A DNA stretch of 63,261 bases, the filler included, from Reclinomonas americana ATCC 50394 (taxonomy: Eukaryota), in NCBI GenBank assembly GCA_048213135.1. It is 7 parts of 2 records of this genome, joined end to end, with 100 filler letters (N's around TTAATTAATTAA, not from the genome) between each part and the next. Parts side by side here need not be neighbours in the genome. Positions count along the whole stretch, not along the records: positions 1 to 16,205 come from PS015070.1; positions 16,306 to 28,649 come from PS015070.1; 5 more parts are not named here. One strand, given 5' to 3'. The position numbers and the translations under genes are program-made. Below are positions 12,801 through 23,501 of the stretch, one piece after another; the stretch's first letter is position 1; every line of letters begins with the position of its first letter. A model generated the notes under the pieces. The model was not told the origin of the DNA. It worked only from the letters and a program-made list of their open reading frames with translations, and ran no database searches.

Positions 12801-14710
12801 TCCGTGCGCAGCCGCCACAACTGCACATTGCCTTGCGCGTCGGCCGCACAGCCCCACACCGTATTGGTGGGCGCCACTCGTCGCGTGGCCACCGCCGTCA
12901 CTGTCGCCGACATGTGTGCCACTTGCGCCACCGCCGTGCCCGCCGCAAACGACGATCGCAAATCCGCAAACGACACGCTGCCTGCGCCCTCCTCCAGGCC
13001 CGTCAACTGCGGCGCCAACAGCGCCGCAAAGGCCTTGTTCGAGTGCGAATGCGCGTACACCACGCACAGGCACAGGTGCTCATACTCGTGGCCTTGTCCG
13101 CACGGCATCAGCTCGGAGTCGAACGTGGACCATGGTCGCGTGTCGATTTGCGGGAGGGGTGTGGGTGCGGAGGGGCGCGGCAAGGCGCATACGCACTCGC
13201 GGAGTCGTGTGCGGGAGATTACGCGGGAGCAGGAGCGGTCCCAGGCGCACAGCCTGTGGGAGGGGTAAGGGAGGGGGAAGGGGAAGAGATGAGGGGGGAG
13301 GGAGGTGAGAGGGAGGAGAGGGGGGAGAAGGGAGAGAGTGAGACGCGGGTAATCAAAGGGTGACGAGTGAACAGGAGGCTTGAGAGAGAGAGAGAGAGAA
13401 GAGGAGGATCGACAGTGGAATGAGTGAAGATGATCGAGGGACTGAGTGACCGCGTGATCACCAGTGATCGAGTACATTGTGAGCAAGTGGGAGAGTGAGC
13501 GAGGGAATGCAGGAAAGTGTATAAAGGCGAGTAAGAGCAAAACTGCTTAAGCGAGGAGTTGTCAACAGAGCGATCATGATGGATCGAGGGAGAAAGCAAG
13601 TGAGCGAGCGAGAGAACGGGGGTGGGAGAGAGAGAGAGAGAGAGAGAGAGAGNNNNNNNNNNNNNNNNNNNNGAGTGTGAGTGAGAGAACGGAAGAGAGA
13701 GATATGACAAGGAGAAGAGGAGAGGAAGGAGCGAGCTTGAGTTGGCACAAGTGAGAGAGTGAACATGACAGAGCGCGAGTGAGAATGTGAGTCGTCTACC
13801 TGTGCGTGTGCGTGTACGTGCGTGTGCGTGAGAGAGCTAACGTGTCAAAAACGCACCACACACCACCCCGCCGATCGCCCACACACAGCAACAGCGGACC
13901 AACCGCGCGCGGCACACGCACAATGCACGCACTCGTCGCCACCGCTATCTTCACATCGTCATCACCAGGCGCGCCGCTGGCCTGCAGCGGGCACAGACGA
14001 TGACCCTCGATGCACTCCATTCGCCTTCTCTCGCCAGAAACAACGAAATGATGGAGGTTTTCGCGCGCAAATTTGTGTTTGTCAGCTTCTTGGTGTGTGA
14101 CGCGCGCGCGTGTGTGTGCTGGTGTATAAAGTGCGTGGACAACGAAGCTTGTGCACAGCTGCGCCTGCGAAGGTGTGGATTTAGCAAATTGCAAACCGGT
14201 GTCCTGCGCATGCTCCAGGGTCAAGGGCAGATGGTAGACGGCATACAAGCATGGCACTGGGTGCACGATACCAAGGCAGGCAAGCAGCGATCGCAAGAAC
14301 GTCCAGGTTTGCGTAAAACCAGGATGCGCGAAGTTGCGACGTCGACACCTCCAACGCATCTCGAGTCACGCACAATGCACATCTCTCACTACGCAACGGC
14401 CCGGAAGCTCACACGCTGCACCAGCGCTTTCCCCAAACATAGTTGTCCCACTTCACTAACATTTTCGCGCGCAAAAAATGTCGTCTCGGAGCGAAGCTCG
14501 TGTGCGTATCCTCGCCGCGCATCTCTCAGCAGCAACAGCAGTGCGCACCAATGAGGTCGACGAATACGGCGCCAGCGGATCAGGCACTGTTGTTGTCGCC
14601 ATGTCGGAGTTGACACCGGAGATGGTCTCGGGCAACGCCGAGGCCTGTGCTCCGATGGCGGCCGAGGCGGAGGAGGAGAGTGCACAAGAGTCGCCACTGA
14701 CTGCATCCGT
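9418..14710 (-). CDS. Large multi-exon WD40-repeat protein with acidic, Pro-rich and coiled C-terminal region (5' end uncertain)
   Basis: WD repeats AHQGAVSSVAF...LVTAGSDSAIHVWN, GNNQGSVYVYD, ASADRSLSVME; intron 11627-11566 joins the WD part in frame to the MSDSDGDDD/Pro-rich part; intron 10436-~9602 joins the last exon. Confidence 0.6.
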
Positions 14711-14774
14711 TGCGTTGAGCAGTGTGTGCGTGTGAGTGTGCGTGNNNNNNNNNNNNNNNNNNNNNNNNNNNNNN

Positions 14775-14811
<37 letters not shown>

Positions 14812-14838
14812 GTCTGTCTCTGTCTCTCTTCTTCTCTA

Positions 14839-14871
<33 letters not shown>

Positions 14872-15210
14872 GTTTCTCTCTTTCTCTCACTGACTCACTC
14901 ACGCGCTCATTCACTCGTCCACATTGACTCTCTGGTCTCCTCACTCGTTCCTCTCTCTCCAATCTTACCTTGTTCTTCTTGCATATCTCCGTTGCCTCCT
15001 CCTTCCACTTTTTATGCTCCCTCCTTTCCTTTCACGTTCATCGTCCCTTCTCATTCTGATTGCTTCTCTCCTTGACCGGCGTCTCTGCGCGCATGTTGCC
15101 CTCTTGCCTTCCTCTGCTCCTTGCTTTGTGTTATCTCTTCCGATTGTCCTCCCCTCCTCCCCTCTGCCTCTCCTTCTCCTTCCCCTGTTTTGCTCACTGT
15201 CGCCGTGCAG

Positions 15211-16171
15211 CCGAGATGACGATGCCACGGCAGTTTGTGCAAGCGCTGGCCAAGTTCGGCCAGACCAAGTCCAAGAGCTTCGCCGCCATCAAGAAGTTCT
15301 TCCAGCAGGCCGGCAGTCCACTGACGTGGATGCCACAGGCGCCGTCCATCACGGAGCGCTCCACGGGGAGGACAATGGTAAGCAGGGTGGGGGAAGGAGG
15401 GAAGGATGAAATGGAGTGAGACCGCTCGCTGTGAGAGTGGAGGCGGCGAGACCAGTGCGTGCGGGTGAGAGAGAGAGAGAGAGAGATTGGAAAGAGTCGG
15501 TATTGGTTTTCAGCGCCATATTCAATGTGCACACTCAGAAAGAGAGCGAGGGAGAAGGACTCAGAGTGCTGGAATCGGAGACGGATGTTGTGGAGAGCAC
15601 CGTTCCTAAAGAGAATGACACTGAGTGGAGAGAGAAGTGAGCACGTTCACAGAGGGCACACAAACGTCAGCATGACACAGTGACTCGGTTTGCGGACTTA
15701 CTGTGCTGTTGCATGCAGGGCTACCACGCCGACCTGATGGCGCTGATCAACTCGATCCCACGCCAGGCGCAGGATTCGCTGGCACTGGCCAGCCACCGCA
15801 ATGCCGCTGCAGCACAAAAGCAGGGATTGTTGGCGGAGGTTCGCGCAGAGAGTGCCCCCTTGCCACTAGAGCACGCGCTGATGATTCATTCTCTGTCGCA
15901 GGAAGTGGTGCCGGTGAGCAAACGCGGTGGCAAGACCGTCACCAAGGACGATTTGATTCGTGAGCCGACCTCCGAGACGCCCGACAAGATGGCGAAGCTG
16001 GGCACGGTGTTCAGGAAATCGAATTCCGGTGGTGCGTGTGAAGAGGAGGAAGGAGAAGGGGAACACAGTTTTGCTCAACCTTTTTGTTTGTGAGTAGGCA
16101 CCATCACGGCTGCGTCGTCGTCGCCACTCACCGACGGTGCCTCGGCAGTGCTCATTATGAGCGAGGAAAAG
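15211..16171 (+). CDS. HADHB: Thiolase, trifunctional enzyme beta-subunit (HADHB/FadI)-like, internal fragment
   Basis: APSITERSTGRTM|GYHADLMA...QDSLALASHRNAAAAQKQGLL, TVTKDDLIR, GTITAASSSPLTDGASAVLIMSEEK. Confidence 0.8.
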
Positions 16172-16205
16172 GTCGGTCACTGAGCGTATTTGTTCACTCT
16201 CTTCT

Positions 16206-16305
16206 NNNNNNNNNNNNNNNNNNNNNNNNNNNNNNNNNNNNNNNNNNNNTTAATTAATTAANNNNNNNNNNNNNNNNNNNNNNNNNNNNNNNNNNNNNNN
16301 NNNNN
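16206..16305. other. Artificial assembly linker N44-TTAATTAATTAA-N44 (core also at 28694, 37768, 41664, 48989, 54016)
   Basis: Identical 12-mer with stops in all six frames, embedded in N runs six times. Confidence 0.97.
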
Positions 16306-16339
16306 AATCATTCCGATTACCCTCCTCCACTCTTCACGC

Positions 16340-16633
16340 ATGAACGACCTCCTCAACGGCGACTCCCCACTAACAGCCGTGGCCATGCGGACCATCGCAC
16401 AGGTCTCCCTTCTCCCTCTCCCTTCCACCCTCCCTCTCGCTCATCCGTCTCTCTCACACCCAGATCCCCGGTTTCGCCATGGGCGCCTTTGCCGGCGAGC
16501 GCTTCATCCGCGCCGCCGCACCCGCCGCCCGCCTCACCACCTGGCGCAGCGGCGGCGTGGTCTTTGGATGCACACTGGCCGCCCTCGCCGCCGTCTCTGT
16601 CACGCCACCCGCCGAGTTTGAGCGGGAACGCGA
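16340..16633 (+). CDS. Fragment of a small putative membrane protein (two exons, ends at a gap)
   Basis: MNDLLNGDSPLTAVAMRTIAQ|gt...ag|IPGFAMGAFAGERF...GGVVFGCTLAALAAVSV. Confidence 0.35.
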
Positions 16634-16796
16634 NNNNNNNNNNNNNNNNNNNNCGACGCACAGGACAACTCGCGAAAAAAATGAGTGGATGCAAGCAACG
16701 TGGATGCACGAACGCGTATTGGTTTCGCTGCCCAGCGAGCGAAGGAGGGCCAAGGGAGACCAATGAGAGAAAAAGCAAAAAAAATTAAGCCGTCAT

Positions 16797-16867
16797 TACA
16801 CCTGCCGGGAATTGAACCCGGTCCTACTGCATGGCAAGCAATCGTCATACCGTTAGACTACAGGTGT
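16797..16867 (-). tRNA. tRNA-Gly(GCC), 71 nt, intronless
   Basis: ACACCTG/CAGGTGT acceptor stem, anticodon arm ATTGC-TTGCCAT-GCAGT, T-arm CCGGG-TTCAATT-CCCGG, discriminator A, oligo-T Pol III terminator about 12 nt downstream. Confidence 0.93.
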
Positions 16868-17097
16868 GTAGCACATTGGTCGAGTGAATCCCAATGCCCC
16901 ATCGCCTGAGCGCACAGGGCCTGCAAAGAGAATGCAAACCAAAGCCGATGAGCACTGCTGCTCCAGTGTCTTACCACGCACATACACAAGCGCAACAAGA
17001 CAGCCACCAGTGGGGTTCCCATCCACCCATTGCAATTTCACTTTGTCTTCTCCTCTCACTCACTTCTCTCTTCCCCTCTCTCTCTCGCGCATCAACC

Positions 17098-20000
17098 ATG
17101 GCCGGTGTGTGCATTGTGCGACACGCCATCTGCCTGGACGTGAACGGGCAGTCGCTCTTCTCCAAGTGCTTCATGAGTGGCGCACACGCGTCGCCCACGC
17201 CCTTCTCCATTCAAGGCGTGTTGCATGCACTGTTCACGTCGCTGGCGGTGGAGACGCAGGGTCTCGTTGGTGCATCAGCGGCATCGGCGTCTGCATTGCA
17301 TCAGCAGCAGCGTCGGCATCGTGCGGAGGGAGATGAGGATGATGATGATGGTGGTGACGGTGGTGGTGGTGCGAGGGACGGTGATGAGCATGGTGACGGT
17401 GGAGAGGTGAGTGTGTGAGGGAGACCTCAATCTTCATCTTCGTTTCTTCAATGTGTCGTGCTCAGTTGCTCACTCTCTTCCTCTCACTCGCTCGCCTTCG
17501 CACTTCTCTGCAAAGGTCGTTCTCTTCTCTCTCGCATTGTGTCGTGTCAGAGAGAGAGAGAGAGAGAGAGAGAGGAGGAGGAGCAGGAAGCCTCCCTCNN
17601 NNNNNNNNNNNNNNNNNNNNNNNNNNNNNNNNNNNNNNNNNNNNNNNNNNNNNNNNNNNNNNNNNNNNNNNNNNNNNNNNNNNNNNNNNNNNNNNNNNNN
17701 NNNNNNNNNNNNNNNNNNNNNNNNNNNNNNNNNNNNNNNNNNNNNNNNNNNNNNNNNNNNNNNNNNNNNNNNNNNNNNNNNNNNNNNNNNNNNNNNNNNN
17801 NNNNNNNNNNNNNNNNNNNNNNNNNNNNNNNNNNNNNNNNNNNNNNNNNNNNNNNNNNNNNNNNNNNNNNNNNNNNNNNNNNNNNNNNNNNNNNNNNNNN
17901 NNNNNNNNNNNNNNNNNNNNNNNNNNNNNNNNNNNNNNNNNNNNNNNNNNNNNNNNNNNNNNNNNNNNNNNNNNNNNNNNNNNNNNNNNNNNNNNNNNNN
18001 NNNNNNNNNNNNNNNNNNNNNNNNNNNNNNNNNNNNNNNNNNNNNNNNNNNNNNNNNNNNNNNNNNNNNNNNNNNNNNNNNNNNNNNNNNNNNNNNNNNN
18101 NNNNNNNNNNNNNNNNNNNNNNNNNNNNNNNNNNNNNNNNNNNNNNNNNNNNNNNNNNNNNNNNNNNNNNNNNNNNNNNNNNNNNNNNNNNNNNNNNNNN
18201 NNNNNNNNNNNNNNNNAAGGGCGAGAGATGGAGAGAGGCTTCTTGCTCATCTTCTCCTCTGACACGGCAGACTGCGAGACGGAAGAGTGAGAGAAACAAA
18301 GAAGGAAGAGAGAGAAGGCGGGCGAGTGAGAAGAAGAGAGAGAAGGCGAGCGAGTGAGAGGAAGAGAGCGACAGAGAGGCTTCTTGCTCATCTTCTCCCT
18401 CTCTGACGCGGTAGACTGCGAGAAGGAAGAGCGAGAGAAACAAAGAGAAAAGAGAGAAGGTCAGCGAGTGAGAAGGGCGAGATANNNNNNNNNNNNNNNN
18501 NNNNNNNNNNNNNNNNNNNNNNNNNNNNNNNNNNNNNNNNNNNNNNNNNNNNNNNNNNNNNNNNNNNNNNNNNNNNNNNNNNNNNNNNNNNNNNNNNNNN
18601 NNNNNNNNNNNNNNNNNNNNNNNNNNNNNNNNNNNNNNNNNNNNNNNNNNNNNNNNNNNNNNNNNNNNNNNNNNNNNNNNNNNNNNNNNNNNNNNNNNNN
18701 NNNNNNNNNNNNNNNNNNNNNNNNNNNNNNNNNNNNNNNNNNNNNNNNNNNNNNNNNNNNNNNNNNNNNNNNNNNNNNNNNNNNNNNNNNNNNNNNNNNN
18801 NNNNNNNNNNNNNNNNNNNNNNNNNNNNNNNNNNNNNNNNNNNNNNNNNNNNNNNNNNNNNNNNNNNNNNNNNNNNNNNNNNNNNNNNNNNNNNNNNNNN
18901 NNNNNNNNNNNNNNNNNNNNNNNNNNNNNNNNNNNNNNNNNNNNNNNNNNNNNNNNNNNNNNNNNNNNNNNNNNNNNNNNNNNNNNNNNNNNNNNNNNNN
19001 NNNNNNNNNNNNNNNNNNNNNNNNNNNNNNNNNNNNNNNNNNNNNNNNNNNNNNNNNNNNNNNNNNNNNNNNNNNNNNNNNNNNNNNNNNNNNNNNNNNN
19101 NNNNNNNNNNNNNNNNNNNNNNNNNNNNNNNNNNNNNNNNNNNNNNNNNNNNNNNNNNNNNNNNNNNNNNNNNNNNNNNNNNNNNNNNNNNNNNNNNNNN
19201 NNNNNNNNNNNNNNNNNNNNNNNNNNNNNNNNNNNNNNNNNNNNNNNNNNNNNNNNNNNNNNNNNNNNNNNNNNNNNNNNNNNNNNNNNNNNNNNNNNNN
19301 NNNNNNNNNNNNNNNNNNNNNNNNNNNNNNNNNNNNNNNNNNNNNNNNNNNNNNNNNNNNNNNNNNNNNNNNNNNNNNNNNNNNNNNNNNNNNNNNNNNN
19401 NNNNNNNNNNNNNNNCTCTCTCGCTCGCCTTCTCTCTCTTTTTTGCTGCAAAGGTCGTCACAAGTCGTGCTTTTGCGGTTTCTCTTCTCTCTCGTATTGT
19501 GTTGTGTCAGAGAGGGGGAAGGCCTCTCTGTTTCTCGCTCTCTTACTCTCACTTGCTCGCCCTCTCTCTCTCTTCTCTGCAAAGGTCCTCTCAAGATCGT
19601 GCTCTTCTCCTCGTCCCCTCTCTTTGTTTCTCTCGCTCTTCCTTCTCGCAATGCGTCGCGTCCGAGAAGGAGAAGAAAGGGAAGAGGCTTCTCTGTCTCG
19701 CACTCTTCAGTTGCTCACTCTCTTCCTCTCACTTGCTCGCCTTCTCTCTCTTCTCTCTATGCTTCTCTCTTTGTTTCCTTCTCGCAATGTGTCGCGTCTG
19801 AGAGGGAGATAAAAGAGAAGGCCTCTTTCTATCTCTCAGTTGCGCTCTCTTCCTCTCACTCGCTCGCCTTCTCACTCCTTTGCAAAGGCCCTCATAAAGT
19901 CGTGCTCTTCTTCTCTCTCTTCTCCTCCTTTGTCTCACTCCTATCCATCGTCCCTCTCTCTTTGTCGTCTCCTATTCCCTGTTGCCTCAACTGTCCTCAC

Positions 20001-21323
20001 ATCATTCACTTGTTTCTCATACTATATGCCTCGCCTTCATCCTGCTGTTACACATGTCGCCTCTCTGCCTTCTCTCCTTCGCACTGTCGCCTTCATCCTC
20101 ATGTCGCGTCTCCTTCCTTCAAAACCTCCCTCATTTTTGTCTTGTTTCCCTTCCCATTCTTGCTCCCCTTCTCAATGTCGCCCTGTCACCGTGCTCCCTT
20201 CGTGGTCTTCGTTGCACACGATCTCACTTCGTCTTTCCCGATCTCTCCCCCCCTCTCTCCCTGTTACTCCCACCCCCTCTTTCCACCCCCTCCCTCACTA
20301 TTCCCCCCTTCCTCCCACCCCACAGTCCCCCCGCTCCTCCGCCCCACCCATCGTCCCCGGCGCCGCCGTCGTGCCCTCCTCCAACTCTCGCCTCAACTCC
20401 TCCTGCTCACTCAGCAAGATGGAGGGCGCCGACGGCGAGGCACACTATGCCTCGCACGAAGTCGGCGGCTCCGAGGTGCTCTTTGTGGTCCTCCTGCAGA
20501 CGCCGGCGGATCCCGAGTTTGCGCAGCGTGTGCTCGACATTTTGTGGCGTGAGTGTGAAGATATGGGGGTGGGAGAGCAAGGTGGAAGAGCTCGCTCAGC
20601 ATATTGTGTGTGATGCAGGTGCACTAATGTACTTTGGTGGCGACACGGACTTTTCGGTGGCCTCGCGCGCCGACGGCGTGAAGCGACAGCTTGCCGTTGC
20701 GTCGCACGTACAGTTGTGTCGTGAAGAGACCGTATCTCATTGACTCATACTGCGACAGGGCCTCGGCGAGTTCCTCGACGGCGTGTTCGGGCCAGATGGC
20801 GGTGCATTCGGCGCCAATATCAACGGCATTCTGCCGTACACCCGCGGCGTGTCGCTGGATCGCACGCTCTGCAGTGAGCTGGAGACGTACATTTCGTCGC
20901 TGGCCAAGCTGTCGGGCACGTCGATGGGAGCGATCTTCCTGCGGCAGGAGTTGGTGGTGTCGACGGAGGCGTGGTGAGTGGGAAGAGAGAGGGGGAGAGG
21001 GAGAGGGGGAAGGAGGCAGGGAGAGAGGGAGAGGGACAAGAGAGGAGAATCATTGGTCATTCGTATGGATCGTTTCTATCTCTTTCGTATGTGCACTGTA
21101 CTTCACCAAATTTATTTTTTTATGTCGTCATCGTATGCCTTCGTTGCAAGTATTTGAGAGGTGTCCTTCTCTCCTGTTTTGTGCATTCAGCTTCGCCGTA
21201 TGCTGCATGTGCTGAAGTTGTCTTGTGCCTGCGTGCTCTCTCTCTCTCCTGTTTGTGCATTCTATTGCCCCCTGTATTGTGTACTCTTTTGTCGTTGTGG
21301 GTTCTCCTGCCATACGGGTCGTC

Positions 21324-21371
<48 letters not shown>

Positions 21372-21953
21372 CTCTTTCAGATCTCCGTTCACTTGTGCCT
21401 TTTCATTCATTCCATTCAATCCGTGCTGGTTTTTTGTCATCGTCACTCTGGCCATCGTCCGTTGTCTTTCTCTCTCGTGTGTTGTGCTTTCGGTTTTCTG
21501 TGCATTTTCGTGACGAGTTTGCTCCTGCCATGCGCTCCATTCCTGTTGTGTTTTCAAGTCAGTGCTCCCATCCAGTCACCTTTCCTTTCTACAAGGCTGC
21601 GGTGAGGTGCTGTGAACTGAACTGATCTCCTCTGTGCAGGGACTCGCTGAGTGAGATCGAACGCTTCCTGTTGTGCCAGCACACACGATCGTTGCCCGAC
21701 GTCACCTGCTACGATCATCCGATTTACTTGCCGCTATTCAATCCCAAGGTCTTGGCTGCCGCTGTGCTTGCGATCCCCTGCACTCGTTGACTCACGATTG
21801 TTTATGCTTGTGTTTGGTGTGTCCATCTCTCTGTTTTCTCTGCTTCTCTCTGCTTCTTTGCATCATCTCTCTCGCTCCTGTTTTAACTCCCATGCTTGCT
21901 CACTTACTCTCTCTTCTCCTGTTCGTCCACTGGGTTTCTTCCTCTTCCTCTTG

Positions 21954-21988
<35 letters not shown>

Positions 21989-23410
21989 TGACTTGCACTC
22001 ACTCTCTGTCCATTTTTTCTCGTTGTCACATCGGTCCACACTTCTCTTCTCGTCTCTTTTTTGCACTGCATGCATGCATGTCTCTTTCTCTTTGCTTTCC
22101 TCGTCCCTGTTCTTTGTATCTGCTTTCTCTTCTCTCTTGTCCTCTGCGTGTGCAATTCTCGTCTTCCTTCCCTATTTCTCTTTATCTCGTTCGCTCATTT
22201 CATCCTCCCTCTCCCTTCTACCCTGTTTCTCTTCGTCTCCTTGCTGTCTCTCTCTTCCCCCCCTTCATTTTCTTCTCCTCCGTATCTTACACACACCCTC
22301 TTACCCTTTCCCTCTCCCTGCTCCCTTTCCTTTATCTCCTATCCACGCTCCCCTTCCCCTTCTCACTTCCCCTTCTCCTTTCCCTCCGCTTCTCTCTCTC
22401 CCTCCCCAAATCCGACTCCTTCCCCTTTCCCTCTCCTTCTCCCTCTCCCTCCCCTTCTCCCTTTAACTTCCTCTCCCCTTTCCCTTCTCCTTCTCCCTTG
22501 CGCAGAGCCCACTCCGCTTCCTCGTGCTCAAGCTCACAGCCTCCTTCACGGTGGCCATGGTGTGCAGTGTGCAAGCCGACATTCAAGAGATTCAAAACAA
22601 GGTACGACCCGCGTCAACTTGTTTGCGCCCAATCATGCGCACTCACCACTCCTCCTTCTTTCCCTCGCGCAGCACGCCTACGCCGTGTTCAGCATTGGGT
22701 TCGACACCCTGCAGGCCGTCGACGCACTGTGCGCCAACATGGGGCTGCCGTCGGCGTTTGGCAGTTTGCCAAACCCCAAAGGGTGAGTCCTTTTTTTTTC
22801 GGAAGCAAGTGGCATGCAGATGCTGACACCTTCTTTTTCACAGTCTTCTGGTGGTCCACCACACCTCACAGAAAGTAATGATGCGCGTCGTTAACCACGA
22901 CGGCGAGGTGGCGTCCACGATCAGTCGACGAGGTTCTCTTCCATCCATTTCATGGACATGCGTGTCACTCTCTCACTTGTCCTTCTTGCAGCGGGAACCA
23001 CCTCATCACCCAAGTTTGCGGACGTGGCGGCCATTGAGAGACTACTCACGCGCTACTACTGGCACGTGCGGTCGCTGTTCTCCGGCATCAGGACGCAGTC
23101 GGCTTACTGTCTCATGGAGGTCGGTCATTTCGTTCATTGTCTGCTGTTGGAGTTGTGCGTGGCCTTATTTCCTCGCGCGCTCTCTCTCTCTTCCCAATAG
23201 GATCACGTCTTGTGCTGCTCGCTGCGATCGGGTTTCGAGGTGTACGTATGTGCACCGGCACACGCCTTCCGTGAACACGACCTGGAGAGGTTGATGGAGC
23301 AGATCACGGTCGACTTGTTCACCATTATGCACATTCCCGAACGGCGCGACAGATCGGGAGACCCCCTATCGTCGGTGCCGGTCGTTGGCGCCGGTCCCAG
23401 TGGATCGTGA
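17098..23410 (+). CDS. FUZ: Fuzzy-like tri-longin domain protein (CPLANE / Inturned-Fuzzy Rab23 GEF subunit), about 10 exons
   Basis: Collinear resemblance to Fuzzy along its length: HAICLDVNGQSLFSK...PFSIQGVLH, AQRVLDILWRALMYFGG, LVVSTEAW|DSLSEIERFLL...SLPDVTCYDHPIYLP, PLRFLVLKL...VAMVC, RLLTRYYW. Confidence 0.75.
19416..19900. repeat. Degenerate CT-rich tandem repeat within Fuzzy intron 1 (related copies at 17460-17540 and, inverted, 18218-18484)
   Basis: Recurring ctctcttcctctcactcgctcgccttct...ctgcaaaggtc units. Confidence 0.7.
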
Positions 23411-23501
23411 TTACAGTAGCAGTGAAAATATAAGAGTCTTTTTTCTTCATTTCATTGACAAAAAAGGGCGTGTGGGGGGACTCGACGACGTGCTGCTGCT
23501 G

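Noticed and set aside
16250-16261. Recurrent TTAATTAATTAA palindrome as a biological motif
   Set aside because: Always embedded in fixed N runs, so it is an assembly linker. Genes (Vps55, WD40) appear to continue across two of them.
17411-20400. Long ORFs in the ORF track (X-rich or SLSL/ERER)
   Set aside because: Artefacts of N gaps and CT/GA microsatellites in introns
20724-20758. YLIDSYC peptide resembling Fuzzy, suggesting a frameshift
   Set aside because: Lies within a GT-AG intron (about 20708-20758) whose removal restores the frame
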